From contig CAMCJU010000001.1 in NCBI GenBank assembly GCA_945875085.1, forward strand, positions 1 to 25,633: DNA of 25,633 bases. Direction: 5' to 3'. The DNA comes from Candidatus Phycorickettsia trachydisci. GTDB lineage: Bacteria; Pseudomonadota; Alphaproteobacteria; Rickettsiales; Rickettsiaceae. Shown here piece after piece: positions 16,937 through 25,633 of this stretch. Within the stretch, counting starts at the first letter, position 1. Each line of letters starts with the position of its first letter. The translations under genes and the position numbers were made by a program. The notes below the pieces were generated by a model, which had not been told where the DNA came from, did not search any database, and saw only the letters and a list, made by a program, of their open reading frames with translations.

Positions 16937-18820
16937 ATGTCGACAACAACATCTCAAAAATATATAGGTATAGATCTTGGTACCACCAACTCTTGTGTGG
17001 CAATTATGGAGGGAAAAAATCCAAAAGTAATCGCTAACTCTGAAGGGATCTCTACAACTCCTTCGATCGTAGCATTTACTGATACTGGCGAAGTTTTGAT
17101 TGGCGAGCCTGCTAAGCGTCAAGCTATTACCAATCCTGGACGCACATTGTTTGCAATCAAGCGTTTAATCGGCAGAAGATTTGATGATCCAATGGTTGCA
17201 AAGGATCAAGAGCTAGTGCCCTACAAAATTGTGCGCGCTGATAATGGCGATGCGTGGGCTGAAATAGATGGCAAGAAATATTCTCCAAGCCAGATTAGTG
17301 CTTTTATCTTGCAAAAAATGAAGGAGGCTGCAGAGAGCTATTTGGGTGAAAAAATTACTAAAGCTGTAGTTACTGTGCCGGCGTATTTTAATGACGCTCA
17401 AAGGCAAGCTACTAAAGATGCTGGCAGGATTGCCGGTTTGGAGGTAGAGCGCATCATCAATGAGCCAACAGCAGCAGCTCTAGCTTATGGCTTTGATAAG
17501 CATGTGGCCAAAACTATCGTTGTTTATGACTTAGGCGGTGGTACATTTGATGTTTCTGTATTGGAGATTAGTGAAGGCGGGGTGTTTGAGGTTAAAGCTA
17601 CTAACGGAGATACGTTCCTAGGAGGTGAAGATTTTGATAATAGAATTTTGGATTACTTAGTCGAGGAATTTAAAAAAGAAAGTGGCATCAATGTCAAGAA
17701 AGATCCTTTGGCATTGCAGAGGTTAAAGGAAGCGGCTGAAAAGGCTAAAAAAGAGCTATCCTCAACTCAGCAAACAGATATCAATTTGCCTTATATTACT
17801 GCTGATCAGAGCGGTCCAAAACATTTAAACATCAAGCTTTCCAGAGCAAAATTGGAAAGTTTGGTGATGGATTTGGTCGATAGAACGATAGAGCCTTGCA
17901 AAAAAGCTTTAAAGGATGCTGGCTTGAAGGCTAGTGACATCGAAGAAGTAGTACTAGTTGGCGGCATGACAAGAATGCCTAAAGTTGTTGAAAGGGTCAA
18001 AGAGTTTTTTGGTAAAGAGCCTCATAAAGGCGTTAATCCTGATGAAGTCGTGGCCCTTGGAGCTTCTATTCAAGGAGGAGTGCTGCAAGGTGATGTGACG
18101 GATTTGCTTCTACTAGACGTAACGCCTTTATCATTAGGTATCGAAACTTTAGGCGGAGTATTTACCAGGTTAATAGAGCGCAATACCTCTATCCCAATTA
18201 AGAAAAGCCAAGTCTTTTCAACGGCCGAAGATAATCAGCATGCGGTTACTATCAGGGTCTTTCAAGGAGAGCGTGAATTTGCCGCACAAAACAAATTGCT
18301 TGGTGAGTTTAATCTAGAGGGTATACCGCCGTCACGCAGAGGTAGTCCGCAGATCGAGGTCACTTTTGACATTGATGCTAATGGCATAGTTCACGTTTCT
18401 GCAAAAGATCGGGCAAGTGGCAAGGAGCAAAAGGTTACTATTCAGGCTTCTGGAGGTCTTAGTGATGCTGAGATTGAGACAATGGTGCAAGATGCTAAAA
18501 AGTACGAAGAAGAAGATAAAAGCCGCAAAGACTTAGTTGAGCTCAAGAATAAAGCTGATGGCATGATATATTCTACTGAGCAGAGCCTTCAGGAGTATGG
18601 GGATAAGATCGATCAGGGTACAAAAGCTCAAATCGTAACAGTAATTGCGACTTTAAAAAGCGCTTTAGAAGGAGATAATAAAGAGGAGATAAATAATCAC
18701 TTGAATTCTTTAACTACTCTTTCTATGGCTATCGGTCAAGAGATGTACAAAGATAGCTCAAGCGATGAGGGGCAGGATAAAAAGGCTACTTCCAAAGATA
18801 ATGTTGTTGATATAGACTAA
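16937..18820 (+). CDS. dnaK: Chaperone DnaK (Hsp70)
   Basis: [69 protein letters not shown]. Confidence 0.99.
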   Translation: MSTTTSQKYIGIDLGTTNSCVAIMEGKNPKVIANSEGISTTPSIVAFTDTGEVLIGEPAKRQAITNPGRTLFAIKRLIGRRFDDPMVAKDQELVPYKIVRADNGDAWAEIDGKKYSPSQISAFILQKMKEAAESYLGEKITKAVVTVPAYFNDAQRQATKDAGRIAGLEVERIINEPTAAALAYGFDKHVAKTIVVYDLGGGTFDVSVLEISEGGVFEVKATNGDTFLGGEDFDNRILDYLVEEFKKESGINVKKDPLALQRLKEAAEKAKKELSSTQQTDINLPYITADQSGPKHLNIKLSRAKLESLVMDLVDRTIEPCKKALKDAGLKASDIEEVVLVGGMTRMPKVVERVKEFFGKEPHKGVNPDEVVALGASIQGGVLQGDVTDLLLLDVTPLSLGIETLGGVFTRLIERNTSIPIKKSQVFSTAEDNQHAVTIRVFQGEREFAAQNKLLGEFNLEGIPPSRRGSPQIEVTFDIDANGIVHVSAKDRASGKEQKVTIQASGGLSDAEIETMVQDAKKYEEEDKSRKDLVELKNKADGMIYSTEQSLQEYGDKIDQGTKAQIVTVIATLKSALEGDNKEEINNHLNSLTTLSMAIGQEMYKDSSSDEGQDKKATSKDNVVDID

Positions 18821-18873
18821 TAATTTAGTTAAAAATTACTTAAAATTACTACTTAAACTTACATTTTTAGTCT

Positions 18874-19992
18874 ATGTCGAAGGAAGATTACTACAAAATT
18901 TTGGGCGTTGCCAAAGGCGCCTCAAGCGATGATATAAAAAAGTCTTATAGAAAGCTTGCAATGCAGTATCATCCTGATCGTAATCCAGGCGACAAAGAGT
19001 CGGAGCGCAAGTTTAAAGAAATAAATGAAGCATATGACACTTTAAAGGATCCGCAAAAAAAGGCAGCCTATGACCGTTTTGGACATCAGGCGCAAGGAGG
19101 AGGCGCAGGTGGCTCTAGCGGTTTTCAAGGCCATCAAGGGTTTGACTTTGACCTAGATGTTGACAATATCTTTGATATGTTTGGATTTGGTGGGGGGCGA
19201 AAACCTCAAAGCAAGCAAAAATCTAGAGGCGCTGATTTGCAATATGTTCTAGCCATAACTCTTGAAGAGGCTTTTAAAGGAGCGACTAAAAAGATTTCTT
19301 TTTCTTGTGAGGTAAGGTGTTCAAGCTGTGATGGTAAGGGCGGCAAAGGCGCTGCTACGAATTGTCAGACTTGTGCTGGGGGGGGCGTCACGTATGTTCG
19401 CCAAGGCTTTTTTTCAATCGAAAGACCTTGCGCTGCATGCTCTGGCTCCGGTCAGATCGTTAAAGATCCTTGCTCTAAGTGTTCAAGTAAAGGGACAGTA
19501 AAGCAGGCTAAAGATGTTTCAGTTAATATACCTGCTGGAGTAAGTCATGGGGCGCGCCTGCGCAAAATAGGTGACGGCGATGCTGGTTATCGCTCTGGTC
19601 CTCCTGGGGATCTTTACATTGCGCTGGAAATGAAGCCTCATCCAGTATTTAAGCTAGATGACAGAGATAATTTGCATTGTCAGGTGCCGATTAATTTTAC
19701 AACCTTAGCCCTAGGAGGGGAGATCGAGATTCATGACTTGGAGGGGCAGAAAGTAAGTTTAAATATTTCGCCAGGAACGCAGTATGGCGATCAAATTACC
19801 GTAAAAGGTAAGGGTATGGTTTCCAGCGGGTCTAGAAATAGGTGCAATCTTGTAGCGCATATACTAGCGCTAGTGCCAAAAAATCTTACCTCCAAACAGC
19901 GTGAACTTATGCTTGAGCTTGATAAGGAGTTTGGCGGTAAGGCTCAAGCTGAAGAGGGATTGCTTGATAAGATGAAGAATCTTTGGAAGTAG
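18874..19992 (+). CDS. dnaJ: Chaperone DnaJ
   Basis: J domain with HPD, G/F-rich linker, four CxxCxGxG-type zinc motifs (the last degenerate: CSKCSSKG), GPPGDLY. Confidence 0.98.
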   Translation: MSKEDYYKILGVAKGASSDDIKKSYRKLAMQYHPDRNPGDKESERKFKEINEAYDTLKDPQKKAAYDRFGHQAQGGGAGGSSGFQGHQGFDFDLDVDNIFDMFGFGGGRKPQSKQKSRGADLQYVLAITLEEAFKGATKKISFSCEVRCSSCDGKGGKGAATNCQTCAGGGVTYVRQGFFSIERPCAACSGSGQIVKDPCSKCSSKGTVKQAKDVSVNIPAGVSHGARLRKIGDGDAGYRSGPPGDLYIALEMKPHPVFKLDDRDNLHCQVPINFTTLALGGEIEIHDLEGQKVSLNISPGTQYGDQITVKGKGMVSSGSRNRCNLVAHILALVPKNLTSKQRELMLELDKEFGGKAQAEEGLLDKMKNLWK

Positions 19993-20007
19993 CGTTTTTG
20001 ACTTTTG

Positions 20008-20036
20008 TTGACTGTTAGAAAGAAAGATAGTATACT
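20008..20036 (+). promoter_or_regulatory. sigma70 promoter candidate for the glycosyltransferase pair
   Basis: TTGACT (20008-20013)-N17-TATACT (20031-20036), about 30 bp upstream of the ATG at 20066. Confidence 0.7.
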
Positions 20037-20065
20037 CTTGAGAAGATTATTAAGAATTAAATTTT

Positions 20066-21859
20066 ATGGTTATATTGTCACGATTTCTAGCCTTACTTTG
20101 CTCTGTCGCTTTATTTTACTGCCACCAAGCTGCGTCGCAAAATCACAATATCCTGGATGTCGATTTCATGCAGTCAATGACTGATGGCAACCCTAAAGGG
20201 GAGAAATTGTTAACTAGGGACCCAAAAAGATCGCACTACTTGCAAATTTTCAAGGAAAATTATGAAGCAAAAAAGCCCTCAAAAATGCCTTACAGTAAGG
20301 AGCCTCTAATTCCAAAGGTCATGCACCAAATTTGGGATGGAGATATTCCTCCTTTGTATCAAAATTATTTAGATGAATGCAAAAAGCTTCACCCCAATTG
20401 GGAATTTAAGCTTTGGGGCGATAAAGAAGTTGAAGAACTCGGGCTAATGTATAAAGATTTGTACGATAAAATGCGCAGCTATGTCGTTAAAGCTGATGTA
20501 TTAAGGTATGAGATTCTTTATAGGTTTGGCGGAGTCTATCGAGATATGGACGTAAAGTGCTTAAAGTCAACTGACGATCTAAATCACATGTATGATTTTT
20601 ACGCTAGCCTTGAATCATTTACTCATAGATTTGCTGCTATTAACATAGGCAACATAGGATCAAAGCCTAATAACCCGATATTTAAAAATGTTTTAGATGC
20701 AATAAATAAGGCTATGGACGATTCTTTGAGTTCTTGGGACAATGACTTAGAGTATGTGGATGCTATATCTCCTCATCTTTTTGCCTTTCCATTTACATTT
20801 AATCCTTTTACCGATGAGCTTATCAGGCATATGACTCTGAGTGACAAAAGTATAGCTTTTCCTACTTCTTACTATTTGCCTATATTGTATAATAGGGATA
20901 GAATGACAAGATCTAAAAAATTCGGATTGTTCGACCTTGATGTTAAGAGTCATTTTTCTAACTTTAAGCCAGAAACTTTGATGTGGCATAATGAATTTAA
21001 GGGGGAGATAAGAGCGGGTGATTTTTTAGAGGCAAATGGTAGGCAGCTCTTAGAGGGTCAGCAAAAAATCTTAAAGACAATGCCAGTTCTGGAGCAGAAA
21101 AAATTCAATACTTATCATTATTTTTATCAAAAAAACCCCCCTTCGACCATTGGCTGGAATAAAACCCCTTCGACCATGAGCGGCAATAAAAAAAGCAAAA
21201 TTCCCCAAATAATTCATTTTGTAGTTTTTAGCGATAATGAGCTTGCAAAATTACAAGAGCATTTACCTAATTGGAGGATGTTAAATGCTAATTTCGATAT
21301 CTCAATTTGGAGCCAGTCCAGGATAGTTGAGACCTTCCCTGAGTTGAAGCCATTCTTGCAAGATCAATTAGGTCGAGATGCCAGCCTTCAAGATGCAAGA
21401 CTTTATGTTGCTCTGAAGATTTTGGAAAAATTCGGCGGAAGTTATGCTGACTTTAAGGCTATCCCCCATATGCCAATATTTGAGCTTCATAATAAATATA
21501 ATTTTTACGCAGGTCTAAGGCCTCTTACTAGTGGCAAAACCGTCACCTTATCGTCAAGACTAATAGGCTCTGATCAAAACAATCCGATCATTTTAAGGGT
21601 ATTGTCGAGAATAAATCCAGATAATTTAGGTCAAAATTTAAGTCAAGATTTAAGTCAAAATGTAAGTCAAATTGATGAAATATTAGCTTTAGAGGTATAT
21701 AAAAATATCTATCTTTATGGTAAAAATATAGTCCTTCCAGCTATGTATTTTGAGCCATTGGACCTGGATAGCTATTCTTTTTTTGATAAGATTTATCGCT
21801 TTTTGAGATTTATTCCTAATACTTACTTTCATCCAAATGAATACTCAATAATAGAATAA
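20066..21859 (+). CDS. Signal-peptide-bearing glycosyltransferase, GT32-like (DXD sugar-binding) with a second degenerate GT-like domain; paralog 1
   Basis: IPKVMHQIW, WEFKLW, KADVLRYEILYRFGGVYRDMDV (D160-x-D162). Second unit IPQIIHFVV...LEKFGGSYADF. Hydrophobic N-terminal signal ending near QAAS. Confidence 0.82.
   Translation: MVILSRFLALLCSVALFYCHQAASQNHNILDVDFMQSMTDGNPKGEKLLTRDPKRSHYLQIFKENYEAKKPSKMPYSKEPLIPKVMHQIWDGDIPPLYQNYLDECKKLHPNWEFKLWGDKEVEELGLMYKDLYDKMRSYVVKADVLRYEILYRFGGVYRDMDVKCLKSTDDLNHMYDFYASLESFTHRFAAINIGNIGSKPNNPIFKNVLDAINKAMDDSLSSWDNDLEYVDAISPHLFAFPFTFNPFTDELIRHMTLSDKSIAFPTSYYLPILYNRDRMTRSKKFGLFDLDVKSHFSNFKPETLMWHNEFKGEIRAGDFLEANGRQLLEGQQKILKTMPVLEQKKFNTYHYFYQKNPPSTIGWNKTPSTMSGNKKSKIPQIIHFVVFSDNELAKLQEHLPNWRMLNANFDISIWSQSRIVETFPELKPFLQDQLGRDASLQDARLYVALKILEKFGGSYADFKAIPHMPIFELHNKYNFYAGLRPLTSGKTVTLSSRLIGSDQNNPIILRVLSRINPDNLGQNLSQDLSQNVSQIDEILALEVYKNIYLYGKNIVLPAMYFEPLDLDSYSFFDKIYRFLRFIPNTYFHPNEYSIIE
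21623..21670 (+). repeat. 4 x 12-bp imperfect in-frame tandem repeat
   Basis: AATTTAGGTCAA / AATTTAAGTCAA / GATTTAAGTCAA / AATGTAAGTCAA = NLGQ NLSQ DLSQ NVSQ. Confidence 0.85.
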
Positions 21860-23682
21860 TGAAAATAATAATTTGTATTTTTACGATACTTATTTGTTTT
21901 AATGCAAGCGGGCAGGTCAGCGCCATTTTGGATGTCGATTTCATGCAGTCAATGACTGATGGTAGCAAAAAAGCCCGCCAGTTGCTGACGTCTGCGCCAG
22001 AGTATGCGCACTACTTAAAGATCTTCCAGGAAAATTACGAAGCAAAAAAGCCCTCAAAAATGCCTTATAGTAAGGAGCCTCTAATTCCAAAAATCATGCA
22101 CCAAATTTGGATCGGCGGCAGCGATTTACCACCTTTGTATCAAAATTATTTAAATGAGTGCAAAAAGCTTTACCCCAATTGGGAATTTAAGCTTTGGGGC
22201 GACAAAGAAGTTGCTGATTTTGGATTAGAGTATCAAGATCTCTATGATAAAATGCGAAATATCCCTGGCAAAGCTGACATTTTAAGGTATGAAATTTTAT
22301 ATAAGTTTGGTGGCGTTTACAGAGATATGGACGTAAAATGCCTCAGACCCATGGATGAGTTGAATCATAAATACGATTTTTACGTGCCGTTGGAATTTCC
22401 AGCAAAGTCATGGAAAATGCCAACTATTAATAACGGCATAATCGGCTCTAAGTCTGGTCACGAAATCCTTAGAGCTACTCTTGAGCATCTAGGGCAAAAT
22501 ATTGATGCTATGTGGGGCGATTTCGACAAAGGAGATGTGCCTAATTTTTTAAAAAATCGCAATTTCATGACTATTAAGATCTCAATGCTGCCCCTTACGC
22601 ATACTTTTATAGCAAAATCTTCCAGCAGAGACAAAGGCGCTGACAAAGGCCTTGATCAAACCGCTGACAAAAGCATTGCGCTGCCTACGACTTATTTTTT
22701 GCCTATTGGCTATAATCATAAAAATGAAAGAGGCTGGCTTGCTAAATTGCTGAACTTGCCCCTAAGGGAAGAATATTTTCAGCGGATTTTGCCAGAAAGC
22801 CTGATGTGGCATAATCTAGATAAGCAAGAGATTGAATTAATCGATTTTGATCAAGCCAACGGCATGCAGGATCCAGCTAGAAAAAGATTAAAAGATGCGC
22901 TGCCAGGGAGGTTTTATCAAGCTTTTGACGAACTTTACAAATCAAATAGCAGATACGGTTTTAATAAAAACAGTAAAGTGGCGCAAGTAATTCATTTTGT
23001 CGTTTTTGACGATGCTAATATGGCAGAGCTACAAAAGCATCTGGGCGATTGGATTATGCTTAACAGAGATTTTGAAATCAAGATTTGGCATGAAGATTTC
23101 CTTAGCAAATGCAGTCAAACTCAAAGCGTTACATGCCAAGAAATATCTACTGTCTTGCCTGAGGCTTCTTTGGCGCTGGAGAAAATTAGATCCCGTGATG
23201 CCGTCTTGGAAGATGCTAGATTTTATATAGGCTGCAAGGCCATTGAAAAGTTCGGTGGGCATTATGCTGATTTTAGGGCAACTCCGCATAAGTCAATATT
23301 CGAGCTTGGCAATAAATATAATTTTTATGCAGGCATGATGCCGATCAGCAAAGGAGCAAATCGGATTTCGCTATCTCAAAAGCTAATTGGCGCCAGTGTT
23401 AATAGTCGGATAATATCTAGTGCTCTTGGCAAAGCCAGCGATTTAAGCGGCGATAATTTTGCTGATAATTTGCAAAAATTCAACGAATTATTGACTCAGG
23501 AAGTCTTTTTGACTCCATATCCTAGCCGGGATGCTGATATTATCCTGCCGGCCATATTCATGGAGCCTTTAAGTCCATTGCAAGATGATTATCTCTACAT
23601 GATTCCAGACTACTTAATTAGGTTCTTTAAAAATCAGCCCAAGTCATTTATCAAAATCGATAGGCATGCGATTGTACAATAG
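21859..23682 (+). CDS. Signal-peptide-bearing glycosyltransferase, GT32-like double domain; paralog 2
   Basis: IPKIMHQIWIGG, KADILRYEILYKFGGVYRDMDV, INNGIIGS. Second unit VAQVIHFVV...IEKFGGHYADF. Signal MKIIICIFTILICFNASG. TAATG overlap with the paralog 1 stop. Confidence 0.82.
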   Translation: MKIIICIFTILICFNASGQVSAILDVDFMQSMTDGSKKARQLLTSAPEYAHYLKIFQENYEAKKPSKMPYSKEPLIPKIMHQIWIGGSDLPPLYQNYLNECKKLYPNWEFKLWGDKEVADFGLEYQDLYDKMRNIPGKADILRYEILYKFGGVYRDMDVKCLRPMDELNHKYDFYVPLEFPAKSWKMPTINNGIIGSKSGHEILRATLEHLGQNIDAMWGDFDKGDVPNFLKNRNFMTIKISMLPLTHTFIAKSSSRDKGADKGLDQTADKSIALPTTYFLPIGYNHKNERGWLAKLLNLPLREEYFQRILPESLMWHNLDKQEIELIDFDQANGMQDPARKRLKDALPGRFYQAFDELYKSNSRYGFNKNSKVAQVIHFVVFDDANMAELQKHLGDWIMLNRDFEIKIWHEDFLSKCSQTQSVTCQEISTVLPEASLALEKIRSRDAVLEDARFYIGCKAIEKFGGHYADFRATPHKSIFELGNKYNFYAGMMPISKGANRISLSQKLIGASVNSRIISSALGKASDLSGDNFADNLQKFNELLTQEVFLTPYPSRDADIILPAIFMEPLSPLQDDYLYMIPDYLIRFFKNQPKSFIKIDRHAIVQ

Positions 23683-23801
23683 CTCTGCGCAATAGCCATA
23701 AGAGCAGAAAATTATCTTTTTTAAAATACGCTGTACTTTGCCTAGTATGAAGAATTGGTTATTATTAAATAAAGTCATAATAATCAATAAGGTAATATAA
23801 T

Positions 23802-24167
23802 ATGAAAGCTAAATTATTCCTTCTGGCTGCTTTGTTAGCTGCCACAACGGTTAATGCTGATACCGCTAAACAAGTTGTTGATAGATATTTTAATGAAATT
23901 TGGCAGGATTTTACAAAATGTAAGAATTATAAAGTCAATGAATTGTATGCGCAATTTTATGACGCAAATCCAAGTCTAGAAAAAGATTTAACGCATTTTT
24001 GTACAGAGCTATTAGGGAGTTATAAAGAATGTAAACCAACAGACGGGCCTTGGAAAAAACCAAACGCCAAAGCCATAATCTCCTTCTATGGTGATAAGTT
24101 GCGCCGAACTCTCGAGCTCTTCGTCCAAAATGGATCTGCTATTGGCACTCCTTGCGTTTTTAAGTAG
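23802..24167 (+). CDS. Small exported hypothetical protein with four cysteines
   Basis: Typical Sec signal MKAKLFLLAALLAATTVNA (VNA cleavage site). 121 aa. No family recognised. Confidence 0.7.
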   Translation: MKAKLFLLAALLAATTVNADTAKQVVDRYFNEIWQDFTKCKNYKVNELYAQFYDANPSLEKDLTHFCTELLGSYKECKPTDGPWKKPNAKAIISFYGDKLRRTLELFVQNGSAIGTPCVFK

Positions 24168-24450
24168 GACTAGATCTCTTGCTGTATATGTAGGATAGTA
24201 TCTGGGCGATTGCTTCATACGCTTCTTTTGGAATGTGCTGATTTACTTCAACTATTGAAAGTAGCTCGGCAAGTTCTTGATTTTGCTCGATATGAATATC
24301 GTGTTTTTCAGCTTCTTGAATAATTTTCTCAGCCAATGAGTTTTTTCCTGTAGCTAAGATTACAGGCGCCATATTTTTTTGCTTGTCGTAGCCAATCGCT
24401 ACAGCTGTTTTGACTTTCTTTTTCTTGATAAATAGTTCATAATTTTCCAT
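24160..24450 (-). CDS. Stand-alone FlhB/EscU C-terminal-fragment-like protein (FlhX/YlqH type)
   Basis: TAVAIGYD...APVILATG...LAEKIIQEAEKHDIHI...LAELL...IPKEAYEAIAQILSYIY matches the FlhB C-terminal switch domain. No TM region and no NPTH motif. Confidence 0.85.
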   Translation of the reverse strand: MENYELFIKKKKVKTAVAIGYDKQKNMAPVILATGKNSLAEKIIQEAEKHDIHIEQNQELAELLSIVEVNQHIPKEAYEAIAQILSYIYSKRSSPT

Positions 24451-24475
24451 TGTATGTATATATTATTTTAGATTG

Positions 24476-25072
24476 ATGTTGAGTAAGAAAATGCTAGAAT
24501 TCATCGTAACGTTTGGCTTCATAGGTAAAATTAAAATCGCTCCTGGCACTTTTGGCTCACTGGCGGCATTTGTTTTTATGTACTTTATGTTATCTCTTAT
24601 ATCAAGATATCATATTCTGAGCTTTGTTAATAACTATCTTGCTATTGATGAAATTGCCCTGGTGTTTTGTTTTTTCTTAGCAATGCTTGTGTTGCTATTT
24701 ATAATAGGAGCCATGGCAAGTAGCAAATATGTAGAAAAATACTCAAAGCATGCTGATCCTAAGGAAGTTGTAATAGATGAGGTAGTTGGCCAGATGTTAA
24801 CCTCGATCCTTTGCTTTTTTGGCGCCGTTATGATTAGCCAGACTGCAATAGCCCAAAATATCGATAGCAGCGTGCTTAATTTTATTTTTGTATTCTTGCT
24901 GCCGTTTGTATTATTTCGCATCTTTGACATATTTAAGCCATGGCCAATAGACTATATTGATAGTAATATTAAAGGGGGCCTTGGCATTATGCTTGATGAT
25001 CTTTTGGCAGCAATTTTTGCAGCAGTAACTTTTTATGCATTGATTTTTTGTATCATAAATTTTTATCATTAA
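24476..25072 (+). CDS. pgpA: Phosphatidylglycerophosphatase A
   Basis: APGTFGSL, DPKEVVIDEVVGQ, FVLFRIFDIFKPWPI, GGLGIMLDDLLAA. The start is either ATG 24476 or TTG 24473. Confidence 0.95.
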   Translation: MLSKKMLEFIVTFGFIGKIKIAPGTFGSLAAFVFMYFMLSLISRYHILSFVNNYLAIDEIALVFCFFLAMLVLLFIIGAMASSKYVEKYSKHADPKEVVIDEVVGQMLTSILCFFGAVMISQTAIAQNIDSSVLNFIFVFLLPFVLFRIFDIFKPWPIDYIDSNIKGGLGIMLDDLLAAIFAAVTFYALIFCIINFYH

Positions 25073-25095
25073 TTTTTGACAGGTAGTTTTATAAA

Positions 25096-25633
25096 ATGGA
25101 AATAGTGATACTAGGGGCTGGTTATACTGGCTTGATTACAGCTTTGGCTTTGGCGCATCATGGTATTAGAACCAAAGTAATTGAAAGAAGCCTGTGTGAT
25201 GAGAATTTTTTTAACGACCCTAGAACGACTTCAATAAATCTTCATTCTTGCGCATTTTTAACTAGACTAAACCTTTGGGAAGAATTACAGCATCTAGTCT
25301 CTGAAATCAGGCGCATTTATGTTGTTAATAACAAAGGCTCTGATATGATCGATTTTAGTCATCCAGCCTGCAGCGATCATACTTTAGCTTTGGGGTATAT
25401 GATTTGCAATTCAGATTTAAAAAAGCATCTTTACCATCAAGCAGCGCAAAACTCGATGATAGAGATAATAGATGGGGCGGTTTATCAAAGCGTCGCATTT
25501 GATCAGCAGTCTAGCAGCGGCCCTTGCCTGATATCTCTTAGTAACTTGCAAAAAATTTCTGCCAGTTTGTTGATAGCCTGTGATGGCAGAAATTCAGAGT
25601 TAAGAAGGCAGTATTTTCCATATCTAATTAATA
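25096..25633 (+). CDS. UbiH/UbiF/VisC family FAD-dependent hydroxylase, 3'-truncated by window edge
   Basis: Hand-translated: MEIVILGAGYTGLITALALAHHGIRTKVIE (GxGxxG), DPRTTSIN, LGYMICNSDL, LLIACDGRNSELR. Open to the window end and not in the ORF track. Confidence 0.88.
   Translation, partial: MEIVILGAGYTGLITALALAHHGIRTKVIERSLCDENFFNDPRTTSINLHSCAFLTRLNLWEELQHLVSEIRRIYVVNNKGSDMIDFSHPACSDHTLALGYMICNSDLKKHLYHQAAQNSMIEIIDGAVYQSVAFDQQSSSGPCLISLSNLQKISASLLIACDGRNSELRRQYFPYLIN

Noticed and set aside
18821-18873. AAAATTACT direct repeat between dnaK and dnaJ
   Set aside because: Short and low-complexity in AT-rich DNA, with no hairpin or spacer structure. Not a terminator or CRISPR.
11150-23682. Functional link between the TerC Mn2+ exporter and the Mn-dependent exported glycosyltransferases
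   Set aside because: Mechanistically attractive, but the genes are about 8 kb apart with unrelated housekeeping genes between them. There is no sequence evidence of linkage.

Overview
AT-rich bacterial chromosomal window, most consistent with a Rickettsiales/Rickettsiaceae-like alphaproteobacterium. This assignment is inferred from gene content and order, not from a database search. Housekeeping backbone: a partial Na+/solute symporter (runs off the left edge, missing from the ORF track), tlyA, mnmE, mreB-mreC, map, a TerC-family gene, an LpoA/LppC-like lipoprotein, rsmI, dnaK-dnaJ, pgpA and a partial UbiH/VisC-family hydroxylase (right edge, also missing from the track). The most interesting elements are: (i) an apparent operon coupling mreBC to a tail-anchored Ser/Thr pseudokinase, a multi-TM protein and a degenerate OmpR-type regulator; (ii) a radC gene broken by an internal deletion, with a 63-bp palindrome at the junction and a related palindrome 2.3 kb away; (iii) an orphan with a clan CD-like His-Gly/Ala-Cys dyad behind perfect sigma70 hexamers; (iv) an Nma111/Deg7-like protease and an HIR-like SPFH protein; (v) a translationally coupled pair of signal-peptide-bearing, double-domain GT32-like glycosyltransferases followed by a small exported Cys protein. 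No tRNA, rRNA, CRISPR array or transposase was seen. Family assignments come from motif recognition by eye.
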